Below are positions 1-9,511 of a stretch of 64,000 nt of DNA, in pieces (position 1 is the first letter of the stretch; each line of letters opens with the position of its first letter). Source of the stretch: Nitrososphaeraceae archaeon (lineage in GTDB: Archaea > Thermoproteota > Nitrososphaeria > Nitrososphaerales > Nitrososphaeraceae); assembly GCA_035250975.1 (NCBI GenBank), contig DATFEP010000014.1, forward strand, positions 1 to 64,000, in the 5' to 3' direction. Made by a program: the position numbers and the translations under genes. The notes below the pieces were generated by a model, which had not been told where the DNA came from, searched no databases, and saw only the letters and a program-made list of their open reading frames with translations.

Positions 1-3
1 TTA

Positions 4-828
4 TTGTTTAAAAAAGGACATTTAATTAGAATTCAAGATATATCTTTGGTGAACTTACTTGGTATTAAGAAAGTAAATATATTTAAAAAACCGAAAGTTG
101 CAATAATTGCAACCGGAAGTGAGCTCACCAATAATATTGAAGAGGTTACTCAAGGAAAGGTTCTCAATACTAACGGTCCAATTATTTCCACATTAGTGGA
201 AGCATGTGGAGGAATACCTGTTGACCTAGGAATAACAACTGATAATATTAAAGATATCCAGAACAAGATAAAATTGGCATTATTTCAAAATGATATCATT
301 CTAACAATAGGGGGATCTTCTGTTGGACATAAGGACCTCCTTGCAGAATCTATCAATTCTATGGGACAGCCCGGAATTTTAGCTGAGGGAATTAAATTGG
401 ATAGAGGAAGAGTAACTAAAATTGCTGTATTAAAACATAAGCCAATTATTATATTACCTGGTCCTATCCAAGGTGCTGTTAATGCTTTCATTGTATTGGC
501 TATCCCACTAATTAGATCTTTTATTGGATTATCTCATAATAACAAAGTTACAATAAATGCTCATATTACTGACAATTGGAATGCCAGAAAGCAATTTCAA
601 AATTTTATAAAAATCTTATATGTCCACATATCAGCATCAAATACAAATACTCGTATAAGGGCCAAACCAATAACTGGAGAAACCTCAAATATGACAGTTA
701 TGACTAGAGCAAATGGTTATGTGATAGTACCTGAGAAAATAACAAGTATTGAAAAGGAGAATGAGGTTCAAGTAAATTTGCTTTCTGGATTTTCTTTTCC
801 ATGCGGCAACCCCATAGATTTGGTGTGA
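4..828 (+). CDS. moeA: Molybdopterin molybdenumtransferase MoeA, C-terminal part (5' end lies before the window)
   Basis: KPKVAIIATGSEL, GGSSVG-x-KD and LPG motifs plus the C-terminal 'RANGYVIVP' domain; sits next to moaC/E/D. Confidence 0.9.
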   Translation: MFKKGHLIRIQDISLVNLLGIKKVNIFKKPKVAIIATGSELTNNIEEVTQGKVLNTNGPIISTLVEACGGIPVDLGITTDNIKDIQNKIKLALFQNDIILTIGGSSVGHKDLLAESINSMGQPGILAEGIKLDRGRVTKIAVLKHKPIIILPGPIQGAVNAFIVLAIPLIRSFIGLSHNNKVTINAHITDNWNARKQFQNFIKILYVHISASNTNTRIRAKPITGETSNMTVMTRANGYVIVPEKITSIEKENEVQVNLLSGFSFPCGNPIDLV

Positions 829-834
829 CTTTTA

Positions 835-1608
835 CTAAAATAACTTTGTAGCAAGATTAATTGCTGCTAAGGCAACTAAAACTCCTATTATCATTATTAT
901 CTTGTTATGATCAAATTTAAATGCTCCAAGTCTAGAACCAAGTATACCCCCAAATAGAACAATTACAGACAAGGGCATTACCAAGTCAAAATCAATATTT
1001 TTTATGTTGTTTATATAATGAGCAATAAATCCACTTATAGAATTTGTTAGTATAAATAAGCTCGCTGAAGCGGCTGCCTCTTTGGGATTGGCTAAACCAG
1101 ACATTATCAATATTGGTGAAAGCCATATTCCTCCACCTATCCCAACAAGACCAGAGATACCACCAAGAAGTGCCCCTAACGGACATGTTATAAGGGTAGT
1201 TTTGGTTAAATCCAAATTCAATTTTCTCATCTTCTCATTTTGAACTGTTAACTTTCTTCCGGACAATAGTAATGCTGCTGAAGCACAAAAAAGGGATATG
1301 ACAAAAATGAAGGTTAATATCTTTTCGGGCAAAACTATAGAACCTCCTATAAATGCAAAAGGTACTGAAATTAAAAGAGGAATAGATAATCTTAAGGACA
1401 GATGTCCTGCTCTTAGATAATTAAAAAGAGCAGATGAAGACACAATAATATTTAGTGCTAGAGAGATTGGAGGAACTGCATACAAATTGACTCCAACAAG
1501 AACGAGGATAGCGATATAACTACTTCCCCCAGCAAATCCGACAGAAGAATAAAAAAAACTTATTATAAGGAAGATAGGGGCAAGTACTAATATAAGAATA
1601 TCATTAAT
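835..1608 (-). CDS. TauE/SafE (TSUP) family sulfite/sulfur-compound exporter; 5' end extends beyond the ORF-track start at 1485
   Basis: Multi-TM protein with GLVGIGGGI motif. The frame stays open upstream as DILILVLAPIFLIISFFYSSVGFAGGSSY (first Gly-rich TSUP motif) but contains no in-frame ATG/GTG/TTG there. Confidence 0.8.
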   Translation of the reverse strand: MNDILILVLAPIFLIISFFYSSVGFAGGSSYIAILVLVGVNLYAVPPISLALNIIVSSSALFNYLRAGHLSLRLSIPLLISVPFAFIGGSIVLPEKILTFIFVISLFCASAALLLSGRKLTVQNEKMRKLNLDLTKTTLITCPLGALLGGISGLVGIGGGIWLSPILIMSGLANPKEAAASASLFILTNSISGFIAHYINNIKNIDFDLVMPLSVIVLFGGILGSRLGAFKFDHNKIIMIIGVLVALAAINLATKLF

Positions 1609-2551
1609 GACCCTTCCCTCCCAACATATTAAAAATATGAAAAATGTTAGGGAAAAGAAGATCTAACGATTCTGATACAGCTTTAATACTTCCAGGTAGA
1701 TTTATAATCAGAGTTTTGTCTCTGATACCAGATATTCCTCTTGAAAGCATTGATAGCGGTGTTCTCCTCTGACCATATGATCTGATAGCTTCGGAAATTC
1801 CAATTGCCTCTCTATCAACAACCATTTTAGTAGCATCTGGAGTTACATCTCTTTTACTAAAACCAGTACCTCCTGTGGTTATTATTAGATCTACTTTTTT
1901 ATCATCAGAATATTTGATAAGATGTGCCTTAATTTTTTCTATATCGTCAGGTAATATTTCATAGCCGACAATCTCAGTAGTAGTAGCATAAGTATTTTTT
2001 AGTATTTCAGAGATCAATTTACCTGATTTGTCAACTCTCGTTCCATTAAAAGTAGAATCACTTATAACAAAAATAGCAATATTAATTTTTTTATCAAGAG
2101 TTTCAATAAAATCTCTTTTCCCTCCAGTTTTTTCTAACAATCTTATTGACTCTATTGATAAATCTTCATCTATTGGCTTGAGCATATCGTATACTGCAAG
2201 AGCAGCGATACTACAACCAGTCAGTGCTTCCATTTCTACTCCTGTTTTCCACACACTTTTAACATTAACTTTAATTTCTATAGCTGATTGGTGTAACAGC
2301 AATTGTGTAGAAATATGATCTATCGGAATGGGATGACAGTAAGGTATCAATTCCCATGTTTTTTTTGCCCCGAGTGTAGCTGAAATTTTTGCGGCTTCAA
2401 TGATATCTCCCTTTGGTGTCATCTCATTTTTTATTAGATCAATACTTTCAGGATTTACCCTGACTATTGCTTGTGCAGTAGCAGACCTCAATGTATCTAC
2501 TTTTCTGGAAACATCAAACATTCCTCTGTAAGCATTTCTTTCATTCACCAC
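1604..2551 (-). CDS. moaC: Bifunctional MoaC / MoaB(MogA) molybdenum cofactor biosynthesis protein
   Basis: LIPYCHP and TGVEMEAL (MoaC) followed by ISDS...DKSG, TTGGTG-x-S-x-RDVTPDA and NLPGS (MoaB/MogA). Confidence 0.95.
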   Translation of the reverse strand: MVNERNAYRGMFDVSRKVDTLRSATAQAIVRVNPESIDLIKNEMTPKGDIIEAAKISATLGAKKTWELIPYCHPIPIDHISTQLLLHQSAIEIKVNVKSVWKTGVEMEALTGCSIAALAVYDMLKPIDEDLSIESIRLLEKTGGKRDFIETLDKKINIAIFVISDSTFNGTRVDKSGKLISEILKNTYATTTEIVGYEILPDDIEKIKAHLIKYSDDKKVDLIITTGGTGFSKRDVTPDATKMVVDREAIGISEAIRSYGQRRTPLSMLSRGISGIRDKTLIINLPGSIKAVSESLDLLFPNIFHIFNMLGGKGH

Positions 2552-2966
2552 TTATCATAACACCTTCTACCCATTCAGAATTGCCAGATTGCATTTTTTC
2601 CTTCTTCCAAATTGGACATCTTTTCTTAATATTATCAATTCCATAATTACAGGCTTCAAAAGCATCTTTTCTATGTTCTGATGAAACTCCAACTATAACA
2701 CTGATTTCTCCAACATTAAGGTATCCCGTTCTAAGTATGGCAATAAATTTTTTAACACTCCAATTCTCAAAGATCTCCTTTTCAATTTTTTTTAATATTT
2801 CCTCAACCATTTCTTCATAAGCTTCATAAAAAATACCCTCCACTTCTCCCTTGGAGCTGTGATTCCTAACTAAACCTGTAAACAAAACTAACGCACCAGA
2901 TGAATCGTCCTTAACTTGATCTAAAATTTTTAGTTGATCGATTACATCTTTTGTTAGAGAAATCAT
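2541..2966 (-). CDS. moaE: Molybdopterin synthase catalytic subunit
   Basis: GALVLFTGLVRN, YEAY, HRKDAF and PIWKKE motifs. Confidence 0.95.
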   Translation of the reverse strand: MISLTKDVIDQLKILDQVKDDSSGALVLFTGLVRNHSSKGEVEGIFYEAYEEMVEEILKKIEKEIFENWSVKKFIAILRTGYLNVGEISVIVGVSSEHRKDAFEACNYGIDNIKKRCPIWKKEKMQSGNSEWVEGVMISGE

Positions 2967-2988
2967 AAATATCAGCTCCTAACTATTC

Positions 2989-3279
2989 CTATCCCCCACT
3001 TATAGGTGGTATTACAGCAATTTCATCATGTGGAGTTACGTCGATATTCTCATTCCGTATTACTTTATTAACTGCAAAAACAAAGTTTATCTCATTCGTA
3101 TAGAGAGAAGGATATAACTCTTTAAGATTTTTTCTAAGTTCTTTCAATGAAATTGAATTATTATTAATTGGGATAATCAGATTATTACTTTTCAGTTTCT
3201 CTCTTAAAATTCCAAATAATTTTATCTTTAAAATTCTATCTTCAGTCAAGTTTTTCATGTTCACTCTCTGGTCAATCAC
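2989..3279 (-). CDS. moaD: MoaD/ThiS (SAMP-like) sulfur carrier; true start may be the ATG at 3258
   Basis: beta-grasp pattern, FAVN, C-terminal IPPISGG di-glycine. Confidence 0.9.
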   Translation of the reverse strand: MIDQRVNMKNLTEDRILKIKLFGILREKLKSNNLIIPINNNSISLKELRKNLKELYPSLYTNEINFVFAVNKVIRNENIDVTPHDEIAVIPPISGG

Positions 3280-3338
3280 CTATTGTCTGCATAAGATTCA
3301 AGGTTCGTCTGGGTTCTAAATATATACATATATTTTAT

Positions 3339-3983
3339 TTACTTTAATTTTATTAGTTTTTCCATAAAATAGTTGCGCCACCCATCTGGAAGATCTTTAA
3401 CCTTTATGGCTTGATTCATCATCTCAATATCTCTACCACCATTTGTTTGAAGGCGAACGATATCTCGTATTGTAACTTTATTTTCATCACTTTTTATTAA
3501 TTCAATTTTATCTTCTACTCCTATTTCTCCCTCTTGTGCAACCTTGAAATATATTCCCGAACGTTCACTTGCCATGAATCTACGTATTATATCCATTCTG
3601 CCAAATCTTACAGCAAGTTTATAGCATGGCATGCGAGGTTGTGTAGCTATTACCTTTGCAGATCCTATCTGAAATTGATCACCTATATTGACTACATCCT
3701 CAAGTAAACCTTCTGTTGTAAGATTTTCTCCAAATGTTCCCCAAGAATATTCAAAATCTTTTATCTCTTTTTTCCAGAACTTGTAATGTTCTGATGGATA
3801 CGAATATACTGCTTTGTCAACACCACCATGCACCGTCAAATCTGCTTGCTTGTCTCCTTCCAGATTCAAAGTGTAGAGTTTGACTCTATGTTTGATAGGA
3901 TTTTTGAAAATAGCCGTAGTAACAGTTTCTTTACCAAAATTTACTTTTTTTGGAAGTCCGACATTTACGGATATAACCCTCAT
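3339..3983 (-). CDS. MOSC-domain protein (YiiM-like) with 3-alpha C-terminal domain
   Basis: GDKQAD-x3-HGG-x-DKAV, FGENLT, QPRMPCYKL (conserved Cys) and SGIYF motifs. Confidence 0.9.
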   Translation of the reverse strand: MRVISVNVGLPKKVNFGKETVTTAIFKNPIKHRVKLYTLNLEGDKQADLTVHGGVDKAVYSYPSEHYKFWKKEIKDFEYSWGTFGENLTTEGLLEDVVNIGDQFQIGSAKVIATQPRMPCYKLAVRFGRMDIIRRFMASERSGIYFKVAQEGEIGVEDKIELIKSDENKVTIRDIVRLQTNGGRDIEMMNQAIKVKDLPDGWRNYFMEKLIKLK

Positions 3984-4095
3984 CTACTAATTGTTGAAGC
4001 CAATAAAAGATATAAGCATATTTGTAGTATCAAATTAAAAACACGGCAAAAATGAATTTAGGCTGATAATAAATAAATAATATTGTGCAATTCTT

Positions 4096-4320
4096 TTGTT
4101 TATATTGAAAATTAATTTAGTGTGTAAAGAAACTGGGTTGGATTGTACCTACGTCATTTCTGGAGATACTATAGAAGAATTTATGACAAATGGTGCTATA
4201 CATGTAGAAAGGGACCATGGAATGCATCCTGATGATTTTTATTTTAAAAAGATACCGGGCATTTTTCTATGTCAGGTTTTTGGAAAATTAAACAATATTA
4301 AAACTAGCCCTGCCAAATGA
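4096..4320 (+). CDS. DUF1059-like small metal-binding protein
   Basis: C-x5-C near the N-terminus (CKETGLDC) and H-x4-H (HVERDHG). Confidence 0.7.
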   Translation: MFILKINLVCKETGLDCTYVISGDTIEEFMTNGAIHVERDHGMHPDDFYFKKIPGIFLCQVFGKLNNIKTSPAK

Positions 4321-4535
4321 TATCGCTCAAATTTTAGATAAAGGAGAATATATGTTCTATTCTTATAGAATATTAGTCTTCAACTTCACTTAATTTTTAA
4401 TTTCGCAAGTTTTACTAAACTCGAGATGTTGAGTCGATGGAGAATAGACACAGACATAAAATAATTTTTGAATATTCTATTGAATATCGTTTTGATATTC
4501 AATGCTGTTGGAGAGATAGGGAAAAACAAATGTTG

Positions 4536-4961
4536 CTATCTTTCCTTTTTTATGGGCTGAGCAAATGATAGTTCATGTCCATCAGGATCAATTACATGAA
4601 AATATCTCTCTCCCCAGTTAGAATCTTTAGGTTCATCTTCAATTTCAATAATTTTGGAGATAGTTAAATCATTTTTAAAAAAATCATAGAGTTTATCGAC
4701 ATCCTCAGAAAAAATTATTATTCTTCCAAATTTTTCAGTCTTGAACTCCCTGCAAAACTCCAAATTAATATGAGATCTTGAGCCGCTATCTCTATCAGTC
4801 ATTTCAAAAGAAGTAAATATACTATTTGGACTTCCTCCGTAAGATAACCTTAGACCCGGAATTCTTGAATAGAAAACACATGCTCTGTCCATATTTCTCA
4901 CCTTTAGGGTAACGGCTGCAATTTTTTGAATTTTCATAATTTTTTTATGTTTGTTTTTCAA
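4536..4961 (-). CDS. VOC/glyoxalase family protein (probable start ATG 4937)
   Basis: VTLKVRNMDRA..FY and WGERYFHVIDPDGHELSF motifs. Confidence 0.9.
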   Translation of the reverse strand: MKNKHKKIMKIQKIAAVTLKVRNMDRACVFYSRIPGLRLSYGGSPNSIFTSFEMTDRDSGSRSHINLEFCREFKTEKFGRIIIFSEDVDKLYDFFKNDLTISKIIEIEDEPKDSNWGERYFHVIDPDGHELSFAQPIKKER

Positions 4962-5085
4962 TCTATTATATATTTAATTTATATAAAAAATCTATATTAT
5001 TTTTATGTAAAATTGTGTACATAATATTAAACGGCATAAATCTTACTAACTATTAATATACATTAAAAATGTACTATGTAATAGT

Positions 5086-5304
5086 ATGGGAGTAATCTTA
5101 TGGATAATTGCAATTGTATTATTTTTAGCTATTATAGGTTTAGGTTGGGAAACGTTTTTTACTGGAGTTCTCAAGGGTGCCGACAAGATAGGCATTACCC
5201 CAATAATTAAAAATATTACAGATAGTACTAGAGGTACAATTAACGACGTATTATCGGATTCTTCACAAGCCACGATTGAAAATACCTTGAACTTTAATAG
5301 CTAG
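5086..5304 (+). CDS. Small membrane-anchored hypothetical protein
   Basis: ATG start; N-terminal hydrophobic helix followed by GLGWETFFTGV. Confidence 0.65.
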   Translation: MGVILWIIAIVLFLAIIGLGWETFFTGVLKGADKIGITPIIKNITDSTRGTINDVLSDSSQATIENTLNFNS

Positions 5305-5424
5305 CGATACATATACCAGGTTATGGGATCACAAAAAATCTGCTAGAGTTATTTATTATGAACAAATTATTAGAACAATCTTTTAGTTTCATTTATTTTT
5401 AAAAATAATAATTTCCCCTTTTGT

Positions 5425-8091
5425 CTACACGAAAGTTCGATATATATCTTCAATAGCAACCAGCTCTTCTGTTCTTTCGTTATTTTTCAGTCGGGCTAAT
5501 ATCTCCAAAGCTGCTTTTTTGTGTAAATATTCATTGTTATTTCCGCATCTATACGAATAGGTACATCTTGGGCAGCCATCCTCATTCTCGCACGGACATT
5601 CATTTATGATGTTATGTGCACGTATTACTGCCTGTTCAAATCTATCATACAGGCTTTTACTTGCACCATTTCCTCCTATGCTTCCATCATGTACAACTAT
5701 GATTCCTGAATCGCCTAGTGAAATTCCTCCTAAATCCTGTGACGCACCGCCAGTTATCATCGAACTTCCTTCTATAATTACATGTTCCATAGCGTGATAC
5801 CCGCTTGTCTCTACGAATTCCTTGTCCCTTATTTGTTCCAGGATTGTTAAGGGTCTGGGAGCTTTAAATATAAAACCTTTAGTAACATATTCAAAAATTT
5901 CTGGATTTTCAAATAATACCTTTTTCCCTTGATTTATTTCTTTTCCAATTTCTATATTGGAGTATCCAGTTACTCTTTTTAGGATTTTTAGGAAACAATA
6001 CTTTAACTGTATTTCATATACATTCCTTTGTTCAATAATTTCAAGAATTTCTGGAATCTCTTCTACCATTGCTTTAGTGTAATATGGATAATTCGAAGGA
6101 ATCATTTCAACTTCAGCAAAACTTCTTTCTGTTTTATTGTCTAAAACGAATCTGTTTACCTTGTATCTTTTTCCAGCTATGAAATATATTGCATCCTTAT
6201 GTAATTCTTCTAGCGCATACGGTAAATTCCTATACCCAACTACTTTACCATCAAAAATGATATCAATTTCTTTTCCCGTACCCCTTATACTATAGTTTTT
6301 TAATTTTAAAAACGATATACTGTTTGTGATATATCTGTCATCTTTTAGAACTATCAATCCTTCTTTCACTAACCGTTTTATTGCTTCTGACATTTTTTTT
6401 GATTCGGATGAAGAGATTGGCCGATCAGAACACATTGCTAAAATCTGATTTTCCTCAATTATAGGGTTGTGGGGGTCAATATAAGGGTATTCATAGTCAC
6501 AAAAATAATCCTCAGGGTGATTCTTATAATACTGGCTTATTGGATCATTTCCCAGTGTAAGAAAAGCAAATCCCTCTTGTCCACTTCTAGCAGCTCTTCC
6601 TAGTCTCTGTAATAATCTGTTAATGGGAACAAGATTAGATATTACTGAATCCACATCTCCTATGTCTATTCCTAATTCTAGTGTTGGTGTGGAAGATAAG
6701 ACATCCAATTTGCCAGTTCTGAAAGAATTTTCCATGATTTTCCTAACCTTTGGTAAGAGACCAGCCCTATGTACTCCTATCTTTATCCCTAATCTTGACG
6801 AATTGAATGCCAAAAGTTCAGCGGAAATATGAGAATTACTAAAGACTAAAGTTTTATGTTTTTTTGATACTTTTCTTATAAGGTCCAATCTTAATGACCT
6901 ATTTGACCTTAAAGAAGGATAAATAATCGAGAAATTTATTACACCTTTTCTTCCTGTCCCTTTGATAATTTCCATTTGTCTGTCAAACAACTGGTTACAA
7001 AATTCATTCGCGTTAGGCAACGTTGCTGAACAAGCTATTATCTGCAATTTTTCTTTACTTGATAATATTCTTTCAAGTCTCTTTATTATAAAGTAGATAT
7101 TTGACCCGAAAACACCATTATATGTATGGACTTCGTCTACAACTAGGAATTTTATATTTTTAAATAGATTGACAAATCTAGTTTTATTTAAGAGATGGTA
7201 ATGTATCATGTCAAAATTAGTTATTAAGATCTCTGGAGGTTGATCATAAATTGCCTGTTTTTCTGATTCATCAAGGTCTCCATCAAATATTTTTGCTTCG
7301 ATATCAAGGTTATTTGCATAGTAGTTTATTTTCTGAAACTGGTCTCTTCCCAGTGCTTTTGTAGGATAAACAAATATCGCTGAAACTCTATTGGTAGCCA
7401 CATTGGTATCTTGTTTTATTTTTTTTAAAAAAATTTTCTCATGATTACCTTTCAAAAGATTATCATCATAAATTTTTTGAATAACAGGAAGACAAAAAGC
7501 TTCAGTTTTCCCTGAGGCAGTAGGCGCAATTATAACAATATCTTTTCCCCGAAGAATTTTTACGATAGCATCCTCCTGAAATTTAAATAGTTTATTTATA
7601 TCTTTTTTACGAAGTTGCTCTAATAAAATGTCACATAACGGTAATTCCTCTAATTCTTTTCCATCTTGAATATCTGAATCTATAAGTTTTCTTATGTCTA
7701 CTATGTAGTCAGTTTCAGAATACAAGATGTTGTTTATCAATTCATTGTCAAAATCATTTTTTTTAATCATTTCTTTGATTTCATTTTTTGATCTAACCAG
7801 TTTTTCCAGTTCAAGGATGGTTTTAAAATCTTTCAATAAAGTAACTGAGCCAGTATCAAACCGTTCTAAGAAATCTAGGTATGTCTCGTCTAAATCTACA
7901 TTAAATGGAATTACGCAGCAAATATCACATTTTTCACAGATAAACAATATTCTTCCATCAAAAATCCTCTCTGTTTTGATTGAATTAATTGTGGAACATT
8001 TGGGGCATCGATATTTATTCACTAATTTAACACATAAACTATCTGGTAAATCTGTTAATTTATTTTTTATTGATAATATTCGTAATGACAA
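5425..8091 (-). CDS. SF2 DEAD/DEAH helicase with N-terminal Zn ribbon and C-terminal DUF1998 (Hrq1/SftH/MrfA-like)
   Basis: APTASGKT, YPTKAL, DEVH, SAT, TPTLELGIDIG, QRLGRAAR; C-terminal CPC-x4-GCPRC cluster; N-terminal CPKC..CEKC. Confidence 0.9.
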   Translation of the reverse strand: MSLRILSIKNKLTDLPDSLCVKLVNKYRCPKCSTINSIKTERIFDGRILFICEKCDICCVIPFNVDLDETYLDFLERFDTGSVTLLKDFKTILELEKLVRSKNEIKEMIKKNDFDNELINNILYSETDYIVDIRKLIDSDIQDGKELEELPLCDILLEQLRKKDINKLFKFQEDAIVKILRGKDIVIIAPTASGKTEAFCLPVIQKIYDDNLLKGNHEKIFLKKIKQDTNVATNRVSAIFVYPTKALGRDQFQKINYYANNLDIEAKIFDGDLDESEKQAIYDQPPEILITNFDMIHYHLLNKTRFVNLFKNIKFLVVDEVHTYNGVFGSNIYFIIKRLERILSSKEKLQIIACSATLPNANEFCNQLFDRQMEIIKGTGRKGVINFSIIYPSLRSNRSLRLDLIRKVSKKHKTLVFSNSHISAELLAFNSSRLGIKIGVHRAGLLPKVRKIMENSFRTGKLDVLSSTPTLELGIDIGDVDSVISNLVPINRLLQRLGRAARSGQEGFAFLTLGNDPISQYYKNHPEDYFCDYEYPYIDPHNPIIEENQILAMCSDRPISSSESKKMSEAIKRLVKEGLIVLKDDRYITNSISFLKLKNYSIRGTGKEIDIIFDGKVVGYRNLPYALEELHKDAIYFIAGKRYKVNRFVLDNKTERSFAEVEMIPSNYPYYTKAMVEEIPEILEIIEQRNVYEIQLKYCFLKILKRVTGYSNIEIGKEINQGKKVLFENPEIFEYVTKGFIFKAPRPLTILEQIRDKEFVETSGYHAMEHVIIEGSSMITGGASQDLGGISLGDSGIIVVHDGSIGGNGASKSLYDRFEQAVIRAHNIINECPCENEDGCPRCTYSYRCGNNNEYLHKKAALEILARLKNNERTEELVAIEDIYRTFV

Positions 8092-8126
8092 ATAAAATAA
8101 GGAAAAATGTAAAATAGGTTATTGTT

Positions 8127-8288
8127 ATGAATGATAGGAATTACCAAAAGAAAAAAAATATAGTAGAGAAATTCATAAAAAAAAATAAGACCATCGATCA
8201 TTCGAAAATCTTAAACGAAATAGACGTAGATTATGATACGTTGATGAGGATATTGTCCGATCTAAGGCGCGAGGGTAGAATAAGCTGA
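8127..8288 (+). CDS. 53-aa putative winged-helix/HTH microprotein (not in ORF track)
   Basis: MNDRNYQKKKNIVEKFIKKNKTIDHSKILNEIDVDYDTLMRILSDLRREGRIS*; the 'L..L...G.I' ending is typical of wHTH. Confidence 0.6.
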   Translation: MNDRNYQKKKNIVEKFIKKNKTIDHSKILNEIDVDYDTLMRILSDLRREGRIS

Positions 8289-8417
8289 TATGAGTTTCAT
8301 ATTTACCTATACAAGAGAAACAACAACCAAACCAAAAAACCTATAATATTTTGTCCGCCAATTTTTGAATTTCATTTTTAATCTTGATTCTAGTTTAGGT
8401 GACTATTAGTGACGCAA

Positions 8418-9194
8418 TCACTTAAATGATGATCTTACTATCGGATTGACAAAATAAGGAAATGTATGTTTGAGCCAAACTGCAGATCGCGCAAAAAAAG
8501 GAACAATTATTTCAAGTCTTTGGGAATTGCTGGCCTGCATGACAGCTTTGGATACTTTTTTAGGATCAAGAACATATCCTATTTTATGGGGCATTTTACC
8601 CTTAAATGAATCATTATCAAAAAAGTTAGTCCTAACTGCTACTGGACTAACAACTGTAATTCCAACTCCAGTACCTTTTAATTCATGATATAATGATTCT
8701 GAAAAACCTAGCATTGCAAATTTTGACCCGCAGTAAGCTGCCATTCCAGGTATGCCAAAACTAGCGGCTAATGATGCCACATTTACAATATGACCAGATC
8801 CGTTTTTGATCATGGAATTGAGAAATACCTTGGTACAGTATATCATACCCAAATAATTTGTAAAGGTTACTTGTTCAATATCTTCTAAGGTCTGTTCCAA
8901 AACTTTTCCATATCGTCCAAATCCTGCATTGTTTACAAGAATGTCTACATGATTGTATTTTTCTTCTATCTCCTTTCCCATTTCGATGACTTCATTTTTT
9001 TTTGAGATGTCACAGGGATAAATTCTGGTTTCACATTTCGGATTTAGTAGTTTTTCTACTCTCTCTAGATTGGTTTTTGATCGTGATACCAAAACTATAG
9101 TTTCTACACCATTGTTTGAAAAGTCAATTGCTACTTGTTTTCCAATTCCCGACGATGCACCTGTAACAATAACTTTCTTATTCTTGAAATTCAT
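8418..9194 (-). CDS. Short-chain dehydrogenase/reductase
   Basis: TGASSGIG, NNAG, YCGSK catalytic motif. Confidence 0.95.
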   Translation of the reverse strand: MNFKNKKVIVTGASSGIGKQVAIDFSNNGVETIVLVSRSKTNLERVEKLLNPKCETRIYPCDISKKNEVIEMGKEIEEKYNHVDILVNNAGFGRYGKVLEQTLEDIEQVTFTNYLGMIYCTKVFLNSMIKNGSGHIVNVASLAASFGIPGMAAYCGSKFAMLGFSESLYHELKGTGVGITVVSPVAVRTNFFDNDSFKGKMPHKIGYVLDPKKVSKAVMQASNSQRLEIIVPFFARSAVWLKHTFPYFVNPIVRSSFK

Positions 9195-9511
9195 CTATAT
9201 TAACACTATAAATAAACTATTAAAAAGTCTTGAATCTTTAATTTTGGTTCATAATTTTAATAGCTGTTTAAAACTGAGATCTTTATTAAAGAATTACTAT
9301 TATTTATATATAATTATCGTATAATGAAATGACATTCTAAGATAGAAACAAATTATAGTCTAATGTCTTTGATCCTGAATAATCTTAGGAAATATATAGT
9401 TTTAAAGGATTATTTCTTACGGTAATATTATGCTACTATTAACTTCGGTTAGATAACCATACAAAGCACCCAAAAAACTAAAATATTATCACTATAATCT
9501 AATATCAGGAC

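Noticed and set aside
5425-8091. DISARM/Druantia defence helicase (DUF1998)
   Set aside because: No methylase, PLD nuclease or partner helicase nearby; a stand-alone repair-type helicase is more parsimonious
285-9324. Antisense or nested ORF-track entries (285-491, 992-1186, 2028-2318, 3828-4055, 5046-5273, 5606-5797, 6623-6832, 7727-8095, 8470-8688, 9070-9324)
   Set aside because: Shadows of well-supported genes on the opposite strand or in another frame; no motifs
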